Source: Thermoplasmata archaeon
GTDB taxonomy: Archaea > Thermoplasmatota > Thermoplasmata > Sysuiplasmatales > Sysuiplasmataceae
DNA length: 64,000 nt
Direction of reading: 5' to 3'
Assembly (NCBI GenBank): GCA_021817225.1
Contig: JAKAVR010000001.1
Coordinates: 72,002 to 136,001, forward strand
A model generated the notes under the pieces. The model worked only from the letters and a program-made list of their open reading frames with translations, had not been told where the DNA came from and made no database searches. The position numbers were made by a program, and so were the translations under genes. Shown here piece after piece: positions 1 through 10,805 of this stretch (position 1 is its first letter; each line of letters begins with the position of its first letter).

Positions 1-89
1 CTGCAGAGAAGAGAAGGCAGGATAAGGACAGCAGCCATGTGCAGGGGGACATGAACCAGTCTTTTCAATACGCCTGTCAGATTGGCGAC

Positions 90-2216
90 TCACGTCCCAC
101 TGTCCGCTGTCTTGAACCCTTTTTCAACTGCCTTGTCGTAAGCAACCATGGCCTGCTTTGCCTGCTTTGCAGTCGGCTCTCTTCCTCTTTGAAGTAACTT
201 GCCTACCGAGTAGAGAATACCTCTTTGCCAGCTTTCCAGATTACCAGTGACTCTCGCCCAACTGGACATTTCAAGCCAGACATTCGCCGGTATAGCTTTT
301 GTTTTATCGATCACGGCGGTGTCGTTATGATCGCCAGCGTAATTGTCCTTTGTGCCGTCAGTATGCCCAGATGCCTGGACTCCTATGGGCACCAATTCCA
401 ATCTCAGCTCTGGTGTCAAGTCTATGTCCAGATCGGCTAGAGAAGTCCAGCACTTTTCCCTTTTGCACCACTCGGTTATATTCTGGCCGTCGGGAGGATT
501 TGTTATGTGAGTGTGGACTCGATGGCTAAGAACCCGGATTTCATTAACAAGGGCAGGCGTAATACCTTGGTTTTCCCATATCTTCTGCAGATTGATACGC
601 TGGCCCGAAATATGCGAAATCAGAGCCAACACATATGTAACTACATTTGCCCGGTATCCGCCAAATCTCTCCGCGCTCACTATTTTCTCCGCCTGTTTGA
701 ACATTATGGCCTTGGCCACTAGGTTTTCAAAATACTGCTGATCTACACTGAGATCATGCCACTCACGCAAAGCTATTGAGAATTCAGCAAAATTCTTCTG
801 AGCTCCTCTACTCACAATGTGTGGAAGTTGATTCCACGTATTCTCGAATTTCGCCAGATCCGTCTTAGTGAAAACCTGATTTCGGGGGTGCATCACTTCA
901 AACACCCTTTCCTTTGTGGGGGTTCCTGACCTGACCTTTTCATCTAGATACTGTCCCCTTGCTCTTTCATAAAACCAGCGAGTGAGCTCTTTTCCTCCAG
1001 ACGGATCAGGTGCCCAGACAGTACGGGATAAAGACTCAACTTCCCGATGGAAGGGATCATTGGCGGCGAAATCTGCCAGATTGACTTTGTTCTGTGTGTT
1101 CGCATATCTGCTTATCAATGGAACAATCCTCTCGATATCATCAGTCTTGTTCACAACTGTCAATTTCATCTGAACTTGGATTTTAGACAGCTCTGCGCTG
1201 TCCCTACGCTTTGCGTGAAACAGCGATGCTGTCGTCTGACCTCCGTTTACAATCTGGAAGTCGGTCACTTTGAAAATTGCGAATCCGTCGTTGCCCTGTG
1301 ATCTCACATCTATACCGCTGGCGGTAACCGAGATTCCATTGTTGTATGTAAGGAACATGTCCGGTTCCTCAAGGATGCTGTTGCGAATGCCTTGGTTGAC
1401 TTTACCACGCGCCTGAAGGAAAGATCTCACATTCTTTTCCAGAATACGCGTTCCCCACTTTTCATATATTCTTCCCAATGTCTCACCAGGCACGATGGAA
1501 AGATAAGTACTGCAAAGACCAGTCTGATCCTGGGCCTTGAGACATCTCACAGGTCCTCCAAGCTGTTCAAAATCGATGACAATTTCCTCACGCTTCATCC
1601 CAGACGTTGCGCATCTGTATATGCGGTCGAGATCCCATAATTGATAACTGATTACAACATTTCCGTAATGTTCCTCGGAAATGGGCTCTCCGGGTGCGAC
1701 GCCATCAGTCAGTATGAAAATCCGGACACTGTCCAAATCGTCCTTCAACTCGAACAACGTTTGTGCGAGATCGAAGGCTTGGCTGGCCTCTTCGATGCGG
1801 CGATGGAGTCCTGAAAAACTGGCAATCAGGAAATTCTTCGCCTGTTTAGCAGCCTGTGCTACTTCCGTTCTTGACACTTTGGCAGGGGGGACATCATGTT
1901 TAAGATGGGTGACAAGGAGGTCAAGCATCCTATTGTCTTCGCTGATACTGTAGGCGTTAATTTTCATATCTTTCTTCTGATAGAAACAGACAAAAGTATC
2001 ATTCAGTTCACCAAATTCCTGCAGGTATTCGGCTATATTTTGGGTGAAGACGTCTTCTGTTTGGACGCCCTCAGGATCGGATTCCGTTTCTGAAGCCACC
2101 TTCAAGCGTAGTTCTTCAGCAAATGCGACAAACGGATCCTCGGTGATGATCATAGTTGTAAACCGCCTAATATCGGAAGTAAGCTTGTTTCCAAGTCCAC
2201 TTGGAATCTCAGACAA
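90..2216 (-). CDS. AIPR family abortive-infection protein
   Basis: 708 aa with the conserved 'NGGQTT' motif typical of AIPR. Last gene of the dcm-vsr-HATPase-Z1-PDEXK-AIPR arrangement and overlaps the upstream gene by 67 nt. Confidence 0.55.
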   Translation of the reverse strand: MSEIPSGLGNKLTSDIRRFTTMIITEDPFVAFAEELRLKVASETESDPEGVQTEDVFTQNIAEYLQEFGELNDTFVCFYQKKDMKINAYSISEDNRMLDLLVTHLKHDVPPAKVSRTEVAQAAKQAKNFLIASFSGLHRRIEEASQAFDLAQTLFELKDDLDSVRIFILTDGVAPGEPISEEHYGNVVISYQLWDLDRIYRCATSGMKREEIVIDFEQLGGPVRCLKAQDQTGLCSTYLSIVPGETLGRIYEKWGTRILEKNVRSFLQARGKVNQGIRNSILEEPDMFLTYNNGISVTASGIDVRSQGNDGFAIFKVTDFQIVNGGQTTASLFHAKRRDSAELSKIQVQMKLTVVNKTDDIERIVPLISRYANTQNKVNLADFAANDPFHREVESLSRTVWAPDPSGGKELTRWFYERARGQYLDEKVRSGTPTKERVFEVMHPRNQVFTKTDLAKFENTWNQLPHIVSRGAQKNFAEFSIALREWHDLSVDQQYFENLVAKAIMFKQAEKIVSAERFGGYRANVVTYVLALISHISGQRINLQKIWENQGITPALVNEIRVLSHRVHTHITNPPDGQNITEWCKREKCWTSLADLDIDLTPELRLELVPIGVQASGHTDGTKDNYAGDHNDTAVIDKTKAIPANVWLEMSSWARVTGNLESWQRGILYSVGKLLQRGREPTAKQAKQAMVAYDKAVEKGFKTADSGT

Positions 2217-3157
2217 GCAGACAGAGATATCTTGTAGTTGACTTCTGAAACTCCTTCCGGAACTTCGACGACCGAAGGGAATCCCTTCTCAACTCTGAAG
2301 AGAAACTCCTCCACCGCTTCATATTGAGCGGTGTATTCGGCAGCGTGAATGTCTAAATATCCTGCTTCCATCAGCTTCTGACGGAATAAATCAAATCCTG
2401 CCTGTTCAGTTTCAAATTCGGCCCGAAGCTCAGAAACTAACTCAGGAAGCGTCATTCCACCAGAACCCTTGGTCGCAACAGACAAGACGTACAAGTGAAG
2501 AGAAGGAATCCCCGCCGTATCGAGTTGGTGCTCGCTTGATATCCTAAAGGCGCGTGGTTCCTTTGAGCCAGTAGCTTTGACCTCCACTGAACCCCCGGGG
2601 AGTTCGAAATCATGAACCTTTTCTTCCGGGCCCTTCCAGCACTTCACTGCCGCCAACTTCGGAAGTCTGTGGAGAATGTGATATAGCATAAACCACAACT
2701 CTCCAAACAATCCAAGCTGTTCTTCGTGTGATAGCCCCTCAGGACTGTGAGTCATGAAAAACCGGTGCCATTTCTCAAAACGCTCAGAAAGAACGTATGG
2801 AACGTCCGGTCGCTTGCCTATAGGCGATAGCGTTTTATACAAGTCATTCGCAAACGCCGTGAATACATCTGTGAACCTTTCCGATATCAATGCAATCTTG
2901 ACAAGGATGGCATCTGGACTTTCAACATCTGTGGCAAGTTCAATCCGAATTTCTCTCCAGTTAGGGATGTTTCGTGGCTTAAATTGAATATGTGGTGCAA
3001 GTTCTACAATGAAAAGCCGTTGTCCGTTTATTAAATCGAGACCCAAGAAAAGGCCATCATCGCGTTCGGCGGTCAGCCGACGCCGCAAGATGCCTCCTTT
3101 AGTTCCGGGGGCTTCCGATCGCATCGATGTCCACAATGACTCAAAATCATCGCTCAT
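2150..3157 (-). CDS. PD-(D/E)XK motif nuclease-like protein
   Basis: 335 aa. 'GLFGELW ... HDFELPGGSVEVKATG' fits an E..D..EXK core. 4-nt overlap with the Z1 gene; synteny with Z1/AIPR. Confidence 0.5.
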   Translation of the reverse strand: MSDDFESLWTSMRSEAPGTKGGILRRRLTAERDDGLFLGLDLINGQRLFIVELAPHIQFKPRNIPNWREIRIELATDVESPDAILVKIALISERFTDVFTAFANDLYKTLSPIGKRPDVPYVLSERFEKWHRFFMTHSPEGLSHEEQLGLFGELWFMLYHILHRLPKLAAVKCWKGPEEKVHDFELPGGSVEVKATGSKEPRAFRISSEHQLDTAGIPSLHLYVLSVATKGSGGMTLPELVSELRAEFETEQAGFDLFRQKLMEAGYLDIHAAEYTAQYEAVEEFLFRVEKGFPSVVEVPEGVSEVNYKISLSACLRFQVDLETSLLPILGGLQL

Positions 3158-5982
3158 AGGTATTCGTCTTCGTAAACTTTGTTGACCACATAGTCTATTG
3201 CACGAGCATCGGGATTCGATGGAAAACTGATCGCAAGACCAATCACAGGCTCAGCGTAATGATCCCAACATGAAGCATCCGGGTCGATTGGGTATATTAG
3301 TAAGAGCCCCCTTGTTCTTGGTCTGTGGAGCCGGATGCTGGTCGGGGAGGGTATGTCTGGCTGCTCCTTTGCCACCGGAGCCTTGCCAGCCCCGCCTGCA
3401 GTCGCCTTCCGCCATGCTTCAATCGTGTATTCCAGAGCTGCTCCATATTCCTCCTTTGTCAAGTCTGAAGCTTCATGCTTGGGAGCCACTATTCTTTTCA
3501 AACCAACTTTGTCTTGAAAAATCAAGTCTTGTTCAAGCTTCCTTACAAAGCAGGAGATTGTCAATCCGCCAATAACCGCTTCACGTCCTTTATCACCTGA
3601 TTCGCGGCTAAGAAGTGAGACACACCACTTTGTGAGGTCTCCCTGTTCGACTTGCGACCTAATATATCTTACTAACAATTCAGTCTTTGCCCTTCTTGCA
3701 TCCGGATGCATGACGAAAGCGGACAGAAATCCGATTACGTCGTCCGCTGAGACATCGTCCCATATATGGCCGGGAGAATATGCATAAACGTTGTTGTTAT
3801 CGGCACGAGTCGGTTCTCCGAGGTGGGAGACAAACCGGTCAGTAGTCTGGAAATTGCTCTTTACAACCGATGGGTCTCTGTGAAAAACTAGGGTTTCATT
3901 CATAGTGTTGGAATAAGAAAGCTTCATTCTGGTACCAGAGCGCATCTTATTGATTGAGGTTATCAGAAGGCCACCGGGGTGTTGTCTCACTCTCAGGCCG
4001 AAATCGTTAGGTGTTGCACCGATGCTTTCCATGTGAATGAAGTCACGTCGGAGCTCCTCACTGGCCATAGCGATCCATCTGTACCAGCTGATCAGTTCCG
4101 GCGTTGTGTATATCCTGCAGAGATCGATATAGGTGTCTTTGTAGCCGAACCATCTACCCATCTGCAGCAAGGTGTCATACATACGTGTAGCACGGAGATA
4201 ATAGCTCGTGGTCAGACCTTCCAAAGTCAGACCCCTAGAAAGCTTGTCGCCTCCGATAGCGATGACTGAAACACCCTCGCTAGCATGTCTTCTGTAATCC
4301 AGAATGTCATTTGTGCTGCCGTTTATTGTTCTGATAATTATTTTAGAAGATGCGGTCTCAATTTCAGTCTGAATCTCTTCCCATGTTCTCATCAGTGAAG
4401 GATTCACTTTCGATGTTGTTGGAATGAAATCAGTCTCCCAAAGTTGCTTCAGTTTGTCCGTGATACTGTCCGATGAATCTCCATCTCCGTACCGCACTCT
4501 CCGCTGTATACTTTTCAGCTCCTCCGTGACTAGGTCGTACATCTGATTCTGAACAGACACGTATTTGGAGACGTGAATAAGCATGGAATTGTGCACTCTT
4601 TGTTCACCGCGTGCTGATCTTGCTGCGCAACTGAGTATGAAAGACAATATCGCTTCTTTTAGGGAACCGGGTAACTCCCGTACTGACCATAACTTGTCAT
4701 GACTATCAGGTATCAGAGTTTCGTTATCGATCACAGGGCGAAGTACTGGCATAGATTCTCTCAGTTCAAAGCCTAGTTCGTCGTCTCTGTCTATTCCAAA
4801 TACTTCCAGTGGTCCGATGTAGTTAGAAGGGGTGGGAAGACTTATAATGAAACTCTCAGGGAAAATATCTTCACCAAATCTAGTGTGTGGATTGCTTGGA
4901 TGAATGAATATGCTGGCGAATGGGGTCGCGGTATAGCCAACATATGCGCATTTCTCGAAGGCTTTCAGGAGGTTTCTTATTTCGGCATTGATTTTGGTCA
5001 CATCATAATCGGGGGCATTAAGTTCCAACGGCTTGGTATTTATCGATGCCTGATCGCACTCGTCATCTATAACCAGCAAGGGTACGCCCCGAATTAGTCC
5101 GTCATCTCCAGCAAGAATAGATCTTGCCCAACCGTTCAGGTTTCTAAGGACGGACACGTTCTTTTTTACAACTAGGAGAATGGGATCACCACCTGGCATA
5201 ACACCCACCTGTCTAGCGACTCTCTGATTGAAGTCCCCTTTGTCGTTGCTGCTTGTCAGAGAATGGATTCTCAGGAGACGCTCCCCTGAAAGTCTTCCCA
5301 CACCCATTCTGATATTGCCTTCGTCAAACTTGAGATTCTTGTCAGTATCATATCCCAGAAATTCATCGTCGAGACGGAACTGAGTCTGACTCCTCAGATT
5401 ATTATGGAGACCTGTCAGAACGAATATGAGCTTATATCCAGCATCTACTGCCTTGGAAATGAGGCCAATATAGTTCGAAGTCTTTCCAGATTGAACGCTC
5501 CCCACTACCATTCCACGCCGATCCCATTTCCCTTCACGTTTTGGATCTTCCAGTCTTTTGAGAATAGCTGTAGTCGTACGATCCATTGACCGTAGGACAT
5601 TTGGAGGCCACAACCTGACTTCCTGAAGGAATCGCTCATAGCGTTTCCAGAAATCCCACTTGATCTGAGGGCGATCCTCAGATATCACTGACATAGTGTC
5701 AGACAACCAGTCGATGTGGTCCTCCTTAACATCCAAGACTGAAATCGCACCGACCCATACATTCAGGCTAGTTTCGATGTCGATACAAAGCCTATTCACA
5801 TCACTTTCCTCTGCGTCAACCTCACAAGCCTCGAATGCAGTCTCCACTTTCCTTCGGATGAGATCCCTAGGAGGAGCCTCAACCGTGCTCAAGAGCTGCA
5901 GAGCAACAATTATGGCACGTTGATACTCCTGATCACTTATCATGTCAGTTCCCCAATAACGACTCAAGTTTAGCCAAAACAC
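3154..5982 (-). CDS. Z1 domain P-loop NTPase
   Basis: 942 aa with Walker A 'GSVQSGKTSNYIGL' followed by 'IFVLTGLHNNL'. Conserved partner of HATPase and AIPR in Dcm-linked clusters. Confidence 0.6.
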   Translation of the reverse strand: MFWLNLSRYWGTDMISDQEYQRAIIVALQLLSTVEAPPRDLIRRKVETAFEACEVDAEESDVNRLCIDIETSLNVWVGAISVLDVKEDHIDWLSDTMSVISEDRPQIKWDFWKRYERFLQEVRLWPPNVLRSMDRTTTAILKRLEDPKREGKWDRRGMVVGSVQSGKTSNYIGLISKAVDAGYKLIFVLTGLHNNLRSQTQFRLDDEFLGYDTDKNLKFDEGNIRMGVGRLSGERLLRIHSLTSSNDKGDFNQRVARQVGVMPGGDPILLVVKKNVSVLRNLNGWARSILAGDDGLIRGVPLLVIDDECDQASINTKPLELNAPDYDVTKINAEIRNLLKAFEKCAYVGYTATPFASIFIHPSNPHTRFGEDIFPESFIISLPTPSNYIGPLEVFGIDRDDELGFELRESMPVLRPVIDNETLIPDSHDKLWSVRELPGSLKEAILSFILSCAARSARGEQRVHNSMLIHVSKYVSVQNQMYDLVTEELKSIQRRVRYGDGDSSDSITDKLKQLWETDFIPTTSKVNPSLMRTWEEIQTEIETASSKIIIRTINGSTNDILDYRRHASEGVSVIAIGGDKLSRGLTLEGLTTSYYLRATRMYDTLLQMGRWFGYKDTYIDLCRIYTTPELISWYRWIAMASEELRRDFIHMESIGATPNDFGLRVRQHPGGLLITSINKMRSGTRMKLSYSNTMNETLVFHRDPSVVKSNFQTTDRFVSHLGEPTRADNNNVYAYSPGHIWDDVSADDVIGFLSAFVMHPDARRAKTELLVRYIRSQVEQGDLTKWCVSLLSRESGDKGREAVIGGLTISCFVRKLEQDLIFQDKVGLKRIVAPKHEASDLTKEEYGAALEYTIEAWRKATAGGAGKAPVAKEQPDIPSPTSIRLHRPRTRGLLLIYPIDPDASCWDHYAEPVIGLAISFPSNPDARAIDYVVNKVYEDEYL

Positions 5983-7486
5983 TCGGCATGCGATCGAACG
6001 GCTCTATAGAAGCCACTCGTTCATATGCGTCATTTGCCTCCAATCCCTCTCTAGTAAGAGCGTTGAAAATGTCTATCGCTCTCCGCTCCAGCGCTGCCTT
6101 GAATTCCCAGTCGTCTGAATCCGTAAAACAATCCGGATGCTCTGCATTCTCCATTACAATTGTCTGCAAAGGCACTGTATTCTCAACAAGCTCTATCAGC
6201 TCCCTTACCTTTCTAGCTGAGTATGAAGGCAGGTCCAGCGCATCCCTGACAATCGGATGTGAGCGGTTTATCTTGAAGAATACAGAATTGTGCCTGGACC
6301 TTCGCTCCCAAACGAGTTCGTAATTCAAAGCATGTTTTCGCTTCAGGATCCTTCCTCTGTTCCTGTAAACCTCACTGGCTCGAGCGCGAGTGACTTTTGC
6401 GATCCTAATCATGGGTCCGATCAATGCACCAGGAGGATACGCTACTCCTTTCTTTACGTCCACACGCCATTCATGATCCAATGTATTGGGAATGTCCACC
6501 TGTATTCTTGCCAGTTTGTAGTGCTCTTCTTGTTTGAAACCCAGATCGAGCCAACTTCCGGGAACAATGAGTCTCTCGTTCCGGTAAATGTAGAAACCCT
6601 GTTGTGCATTCCATCCCCGCGGACCAGCAGCAAGTTCGTGAATCGTCTCATCCAGACGGGACTTGTGTGGTAGGACGAAAGGGTGGACATTAAGCGATTT
6701 CCCGAAGATTTCAAGCGCCTCTTTACTGAGCTCTTGTGTTGCATCTTCATTCTTCAGGAAGGGATCCCATGCCTTTACAGCTTTGTTGTTGATATGGATT
6801 CTAAGCCGATCCTTGCCAGAAATGAATCTGTGGAATGTCATCGCAATGTGGCGTTCCACGATTTCCACTTTGGATAGGAATCGGTTCTTGGCATCGCTGC
6901 TGTCAGTTCCACTTTGATCAACTACCCTATCCAATCGTTGCCAAATAACCAATGTTCCATGATCTTCAATATTATTGAGCATTGATAACAACGGTTCTGT
7001 TTCCGATAGGGGGTGTTTCCGTAGCTCCCAATCTTTGAGTTTATCAATTAGGTCAAGATCCCAGGAACGCGTAGTATCGTGACCAGACGCTGTCTTGGAT
7101 CTGACTGTGAGTAATCTGCATTGGGACAGGGATGCCGTTTTGAGCCCGAGACCAAATCTGCCGAGATCGTCTGCGTTTCGTTCTTCAAGGGGGCTCTTAC
7201 TGCCGACCCTCATTGCTTCTGTTAGTTCGTTAGTTGCCATTCCACGGCCATCGTCCAGAATTGTGATGTGAGATTGTGGTCCCGACCAGTGAAAATCTAT
7301 CCAGACATTCTTAGTGCCGGCATAAATGCTATTGTCTACAATGTCTGCGACAGCAGCTTCGAGTGTGTAGCCAAAAGCCCTCAATGCTTCGAACATAGCA
7401 TCTGCTCTTGGGGGAACTTTCTCAAATTCTGACAGATCTATCGTTTCCACCAATTCAACCTCCTCTCGTGCGAGGCTTCTGTCCAT
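5945..7486 (-). CDS. GHKL/HATPase_c-type ATP-binding protein
   Basis: 513 aa with an N-box-like 'DIVDNSIYAG' and 'ILDDGRGM' G1-box near the N-terminus. Overlaps the Z1 gene by 38 nt. Confidence 0.6.
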   Translation of the reverse strand: MDRSLAREEVELVETIDLSEFEKVPPRADAMFEALRAFGYTLEAAVADIVDNSIYAGTKNVWIDFHWSGPQSHITILDDGRGMATNELTEAMRVGSKSPLEERNADDLGRFGLGLKTASLSQCRLLTVRSKTASGHDTTRSWDLDLIDKLKDWELRKHPLSETEPLLSMLNNIEDHGTLVIWQRLDRVVDQSGTDSSDAKNRFLSKVEIVERHIAMTFHRFISGKDRLRIHINNKAVKAWDPFLKNEDATQELSKEALEIFGKSLNVHPFVLPHKSRLDETIHELAAGPRGWNAQQGFYIYRNERLIVPGSWLDLGFKQEEHYKLARIQVDIPNTLDHEWRVDVKKGVAYPPGALIGPMIRIAKVTRARASEVYRNRGRILKRKHALNYELVWERRSRHNSVFFKINRSHPIVRDALDLPSYSARKVRELIELVENTVPLQTIVMENAEHPDCFTDSDDWEFKAALERRAIDIFNALTREGLEANDAYERVASIEPFDRMPSVLAKLESLLGN

Positions 7487-7824
7487 CTTCTACGGATGGA
7501 GGCATAATTGCAGCATCCGGACTTATAAAGATTGGTTGCAGAATCTCCCCTTTATTACTCAAGAAACGGCAAGAGTGCAACTGCCATTAAATTGAATACT
7601 CAGAAATTATATTACGAAGAAGATGATTTGATAGTTCTCCAATTCTCATACAGACTTACTCACTTCGTTCCTTGAAAAGTAATCTGCCATCGGAGCAGAT
7701 GTCCTAGGATGAAATATTACTAACTAAAGATCCTATGCGTGAGAGGAATTCTATATTACCACTGCCGGCTTCCAGCTGCTTATATTGTTGACAGCCGCTG
7801 TCCTGTATTCGGAGTAGAATTGCG

Positions 7825-8607
7825 TCAAGACTGGTTTGCCTTAACAACAGCCGGCGTAACTCTTGGACCTATCAGATTGGCTGATTGGCTTACGGAACCT
7901 TTCTTGGTTGATACTTCGACTCTAAGGACAGAAATCTCTCTTGCCCTGCCATCCAATCTGAAGTACAACTCCTGTACAACTTCTTCATTTGTGTGCAAAT
8001 TGATTTTCTGTTCGTAGCGTCCATTAAGCTCCTCATGGCCATCAATTCTCATTTTCACGTTCAATGGTATGCTAATTGCCAGCTTGATCTCGGTTAACGA
8101 ATTCGTCTTATTTTGAATAAATAAGGTTATAGAATCCTCACTATACTCATTGTATATCTCAAACTCATGAGGAGTTAATTCAAATCGGAGCTTTCTCCAA
8201 TACCTAGAGTTAAGCATGCCCCTCCAAATAGGTATTGATGTGAATGCTGAAATCACCAAAGGGAATAATAGTCGTTCCCAGACAGCATTACTAAGGACAA
8301 ACAGTATCTGTTCAGATATGACAAAGACGCTTGCGACTGAAAACAACATCGTACTAACATCTAGGGCATCTTGCCCATACTTAAGAGTTGAGAATTGATC
8401 AAACGGCAATCTTGTGTAATTTCTGATGGTGGTTAGAAGCACCAGCTGGATTATGCCAAAAGAAAAAAACACTGCATAGGCCGCCAGATAAGCTTTGAAT
8501 CCAGCAGTTATAGCCCCAAAAACCATCACGAATATGGATATGGTCATCTGGAGCTCGAATTTGTAGTCTATCATAGGAATCAGGCCCTTATCGAAGGTAC
8601 TTCCCAA
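7825..8607 (-). CDS. hypothetical membrane protein (N-terminal ~4 TM helices, C-terminal soluble domain)
   Basis: 260 aa. Strongly hydrophobic N-terminal half ('ISIFVMVFGAITAGF', 'AVFFSFGIIQLVLLT', 'MLFSVASVFVISEQILFVL', 'LFPLVISAFTSIPIW') and a charged C-terminal half. AT-rich codon usage unlike its neighbours. 20-nt overlap with the upstream ORF. Confidence 0.45.
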   Translation of the reverse strand: MGSTFDKGLIPMIDYKFELQMTISIFVMVFGAITAGFKAYLAAYAVFFSFGIIQLVLLTTIRNYTRLPFDQFSTLKYGQDALDVSTMLFSVASVFVISEQILFVLSNAVWERLLFPLVISAFTSIPIWRGMLNSRYWRKLRFELTPHEFEIYNEYSEDSITLFIQNKTNSLTEIKLAISIPLNVKMRIDGHEELNGRYEQKINLHTNEEVVQELYFRLDGRAREISVLRVEVSTKKGSVSQSANLIGPRVTPAVVKANQS

Positions 8608-9595
8608 GCGTGTCGAGAAAGATTTTGCTAAGAATATCTATAACGTCACTCTTTATGGAGGGATCGCCTATACCGCTTCCCAACTCATTGATGTAAACCT
8701 CTGCAACGTATTGCCCGCTGATCAGTAAAACAAACCCTACTCTGAAAGCAAATCGAACGTCCTTGTAGATGAGACGACCTCCGATGTTCAGTATTTTGCC
8801 TCCGTGAACATCAATTTCCTCTCTCACATCCGGGTGGTTGAAAATATCCTCCCTACCTCTAAATGATTTCTCTTTTATCTTACCAGTGGGATAATAAAAT
8901 TTCATCGTGTTTATTTCTATAGAGCGCCCAAGACCTCCTGTGTTATGTGCACCACACCTGTTCGCCATTTCGCGAATGATGTGGCTGAATTTGTCTTCAA
9001 GAACCTTACTGTTTGCACTCAGAATTGTTGGTGAAGCATGCATTATACCCAAGTCTTTCATTGCGGAAAGAACGCTACAAGCCGCTGAAGAACTGCCCAT
9101 GAGTTGTGTCAATTTATCGTGAGTGCCAAATCGTAATCCGACATGCACATCTCTCTTCACGACCTGAAGATTGAAATTCGCATCCAAATCCGTGTTGGTG
9201 GACAAATACCAATATGTGGTCAATAATGCACCATCGGAGACGTGAGTCTCTTTTGTGTCAAATCCGTTCTCCTCCACGTGTTGGTCCTTGTCATCCAGTT
9301 TGAAGGGGTTTTTGTTAACTATTGAGTTTATAGCTCCCACTGTCTGTGGCTTCTCAAGGGCACACCACACAAGATTTACTGGCTCTAGCTCGTCGTTGAG
9401 ATATTCGTATGTCCTGACAAAGAGATTGACATCGTCTGGAGTAGAGCGACTAATCAATGATGCGATAATTTCCTGTCTGCTATTCAAACGGACACCCTCT
9501 AGCTTTCCCCGCCCCAACCTGAGTAACAATCTCAATGGAAGTGCTTTCAATAAATTGGTAAGTTGCTCTTCACTGAGGTCTTCATCCACGGTCAT
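8588..9595 (-). CDS. hypothetical protein (no recognisable motif)
   Basis: 335 aa in a clean ORF, translationally coupled to the membrane protein, in an AT-rich segment. No signature I can assign. Confidence 0.45.
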   Translation of the reverse strand: MTVDEDLSEEQLTNLLKALPLRLLLRLGRGKLEGVRLNSRQEIIASLISRSTPDDVNLFVRTYEYLNDELEPVNLVWCALEKPQTVGAINSIVNKNPFKLDDKDQHVEENGFDTKETHVSDGALLTTYWYLSTNTDLDANFNLQVVKRDVHVGLRFGTHDKLTQLMGSSSAACSVLSAMKDLGIMHASPTILSANSKVLEDKFSHIIREMANRCGAHNTGGLGRSIEINTMKFYYPTGKIKEKSFRGREDIFNHPDVREEIDVHGGKILNIGGRLIYKDVRFAFRVGFVLLISGQYVAEVYINELGSGIGDPSIKSDVIDILSKIFLDTLGKYLR

Positions 9596-10215
9596 TCACC
9601 TCACTAAGATCATTCTTTCCATTTAATCTATGGAATTCAGAATTGGAATCGTCCAAATGTTCATCCAAAACCTTTGTCAAAGATGCAAAACTTACTGAGA
9701 ACGACCACCTAATCATGCTACTGGCAGAGATTTCTAAATTCTCGCAAGATCACATTGCGAATCGAATGTCTATTCCCTTGGGCAATAAAATGCCAATAGA
9801 CGATAACCGTCTGCCTTTCCACCAAGCAAAGTAAGACAGTATGACCATTTAAAACTAATTCTTCGTCTCTGTTCCCAGACAAGTTCAATTCATTAGTGAC
9901 TTGTGTTTCAGATTCTTGCAAGCGATAGAATGGCAAAAGGTAAGTGAATTCCGCAGAGGTTCAATGTGGCATGTGGCCTAATTAACGCAAATGACATTAC
10001 AATTGCAAAGACATCACTTAAACCGCTTATTCCCCTTCTCATACCGGATTTCGCGAACAAGTAGACTGAAATGGCTTAGAAAGTCACGCACAGTCTAGCA
10101 TTGCTTTCACTCTTTGATATGAATTTGAACCGTCATCAAGATGGATTTCCTCTAAAGAAAAGCAACAATTAAGTTGAACACTCACTCAGAAGTCAAATGC
10201 AAAAGCGTGGCATCA

Positions 10216-10647
10216 TCAGATATTTCTTATGCCATGATTAGATGCTGGACCTATGACTTTCACAACTCTTGCTAACTCCCTCTCAAACTGCTCTTTGATT
10301 TCGCATTCCCACAAAGTGACCACCCTCCATCCCATTGCTTTTAACTGCCCATTTACTCTCTTGTCCCTATTCTTGTTGTTCCCAAGTTTCTCAGCCCAGA
10401 AATCATGCCTTGTGGTAGGAATAGTCGATAACTTGCAACCATGCGAGTGCCAAAAGCAGCCGTTAATGAATAATGCCACCCTTTTCTTAGGGAAGACAAT
10501 GTCTGGGTGGCCAGGCAACGAAGAACGTAATCTGTACCTGAAGCCTAATGCATGCAGAGCCTTTCTCACTTCCAATTCCAACGATGTGTTACTGGACCTT
10601 ATTCTTGACATATTCCAGCTTCGACGCTCTTTGCTTATCTTGTCCAC
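10216..10647 (-). CDS. vsr: very-short-patch repair endonuclease
   Basis: 143 aa with 'DIVFPKKRVALFINGCFWHSHGC' matching the Vsr core, immediately downstream of the C5-methyltransferase. Confidence 0.8.
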   Translation of the reverse strand: MDKISKERRSWNMSRIRSSNTSLELEVRKALHALGFRYRLRSSLPGHPDIVFPKKRVALFINGCFWHSHGCKLSTIPTTRHDFWAEKLGNNKNRDKRVNGQLKAMGWRVVTLWECEIKEQFERELARVVKVIGPASNHGIRNI

Positions 10648-10805
10648 GGCTTCAGTCTCCCCATTTTTCTATAAACTGCTATGAGATGAGCGGGTCAATA
10701 TAATTTCTGGATTAATTGTGGCCTTTACCGGATTTGAGTAGTGTCCTGGGGGCAGCGGTAGTTCAAATTAACCGAAACCAAGTGGGCAGGCAAAGACATG
10801 TGCCA

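Noticed and set aside
1-6. Window starts with CTGCAG (PstI site)
   Set aside because: This is probably just a cloning or fragment boundary with no biological meaning.
10253-10684. 143-aa + ORF mirroring vsr
   Set aside because: It lies exactly antisense to the Vsr gene, which has the conserved 'FINGCFWH' core.
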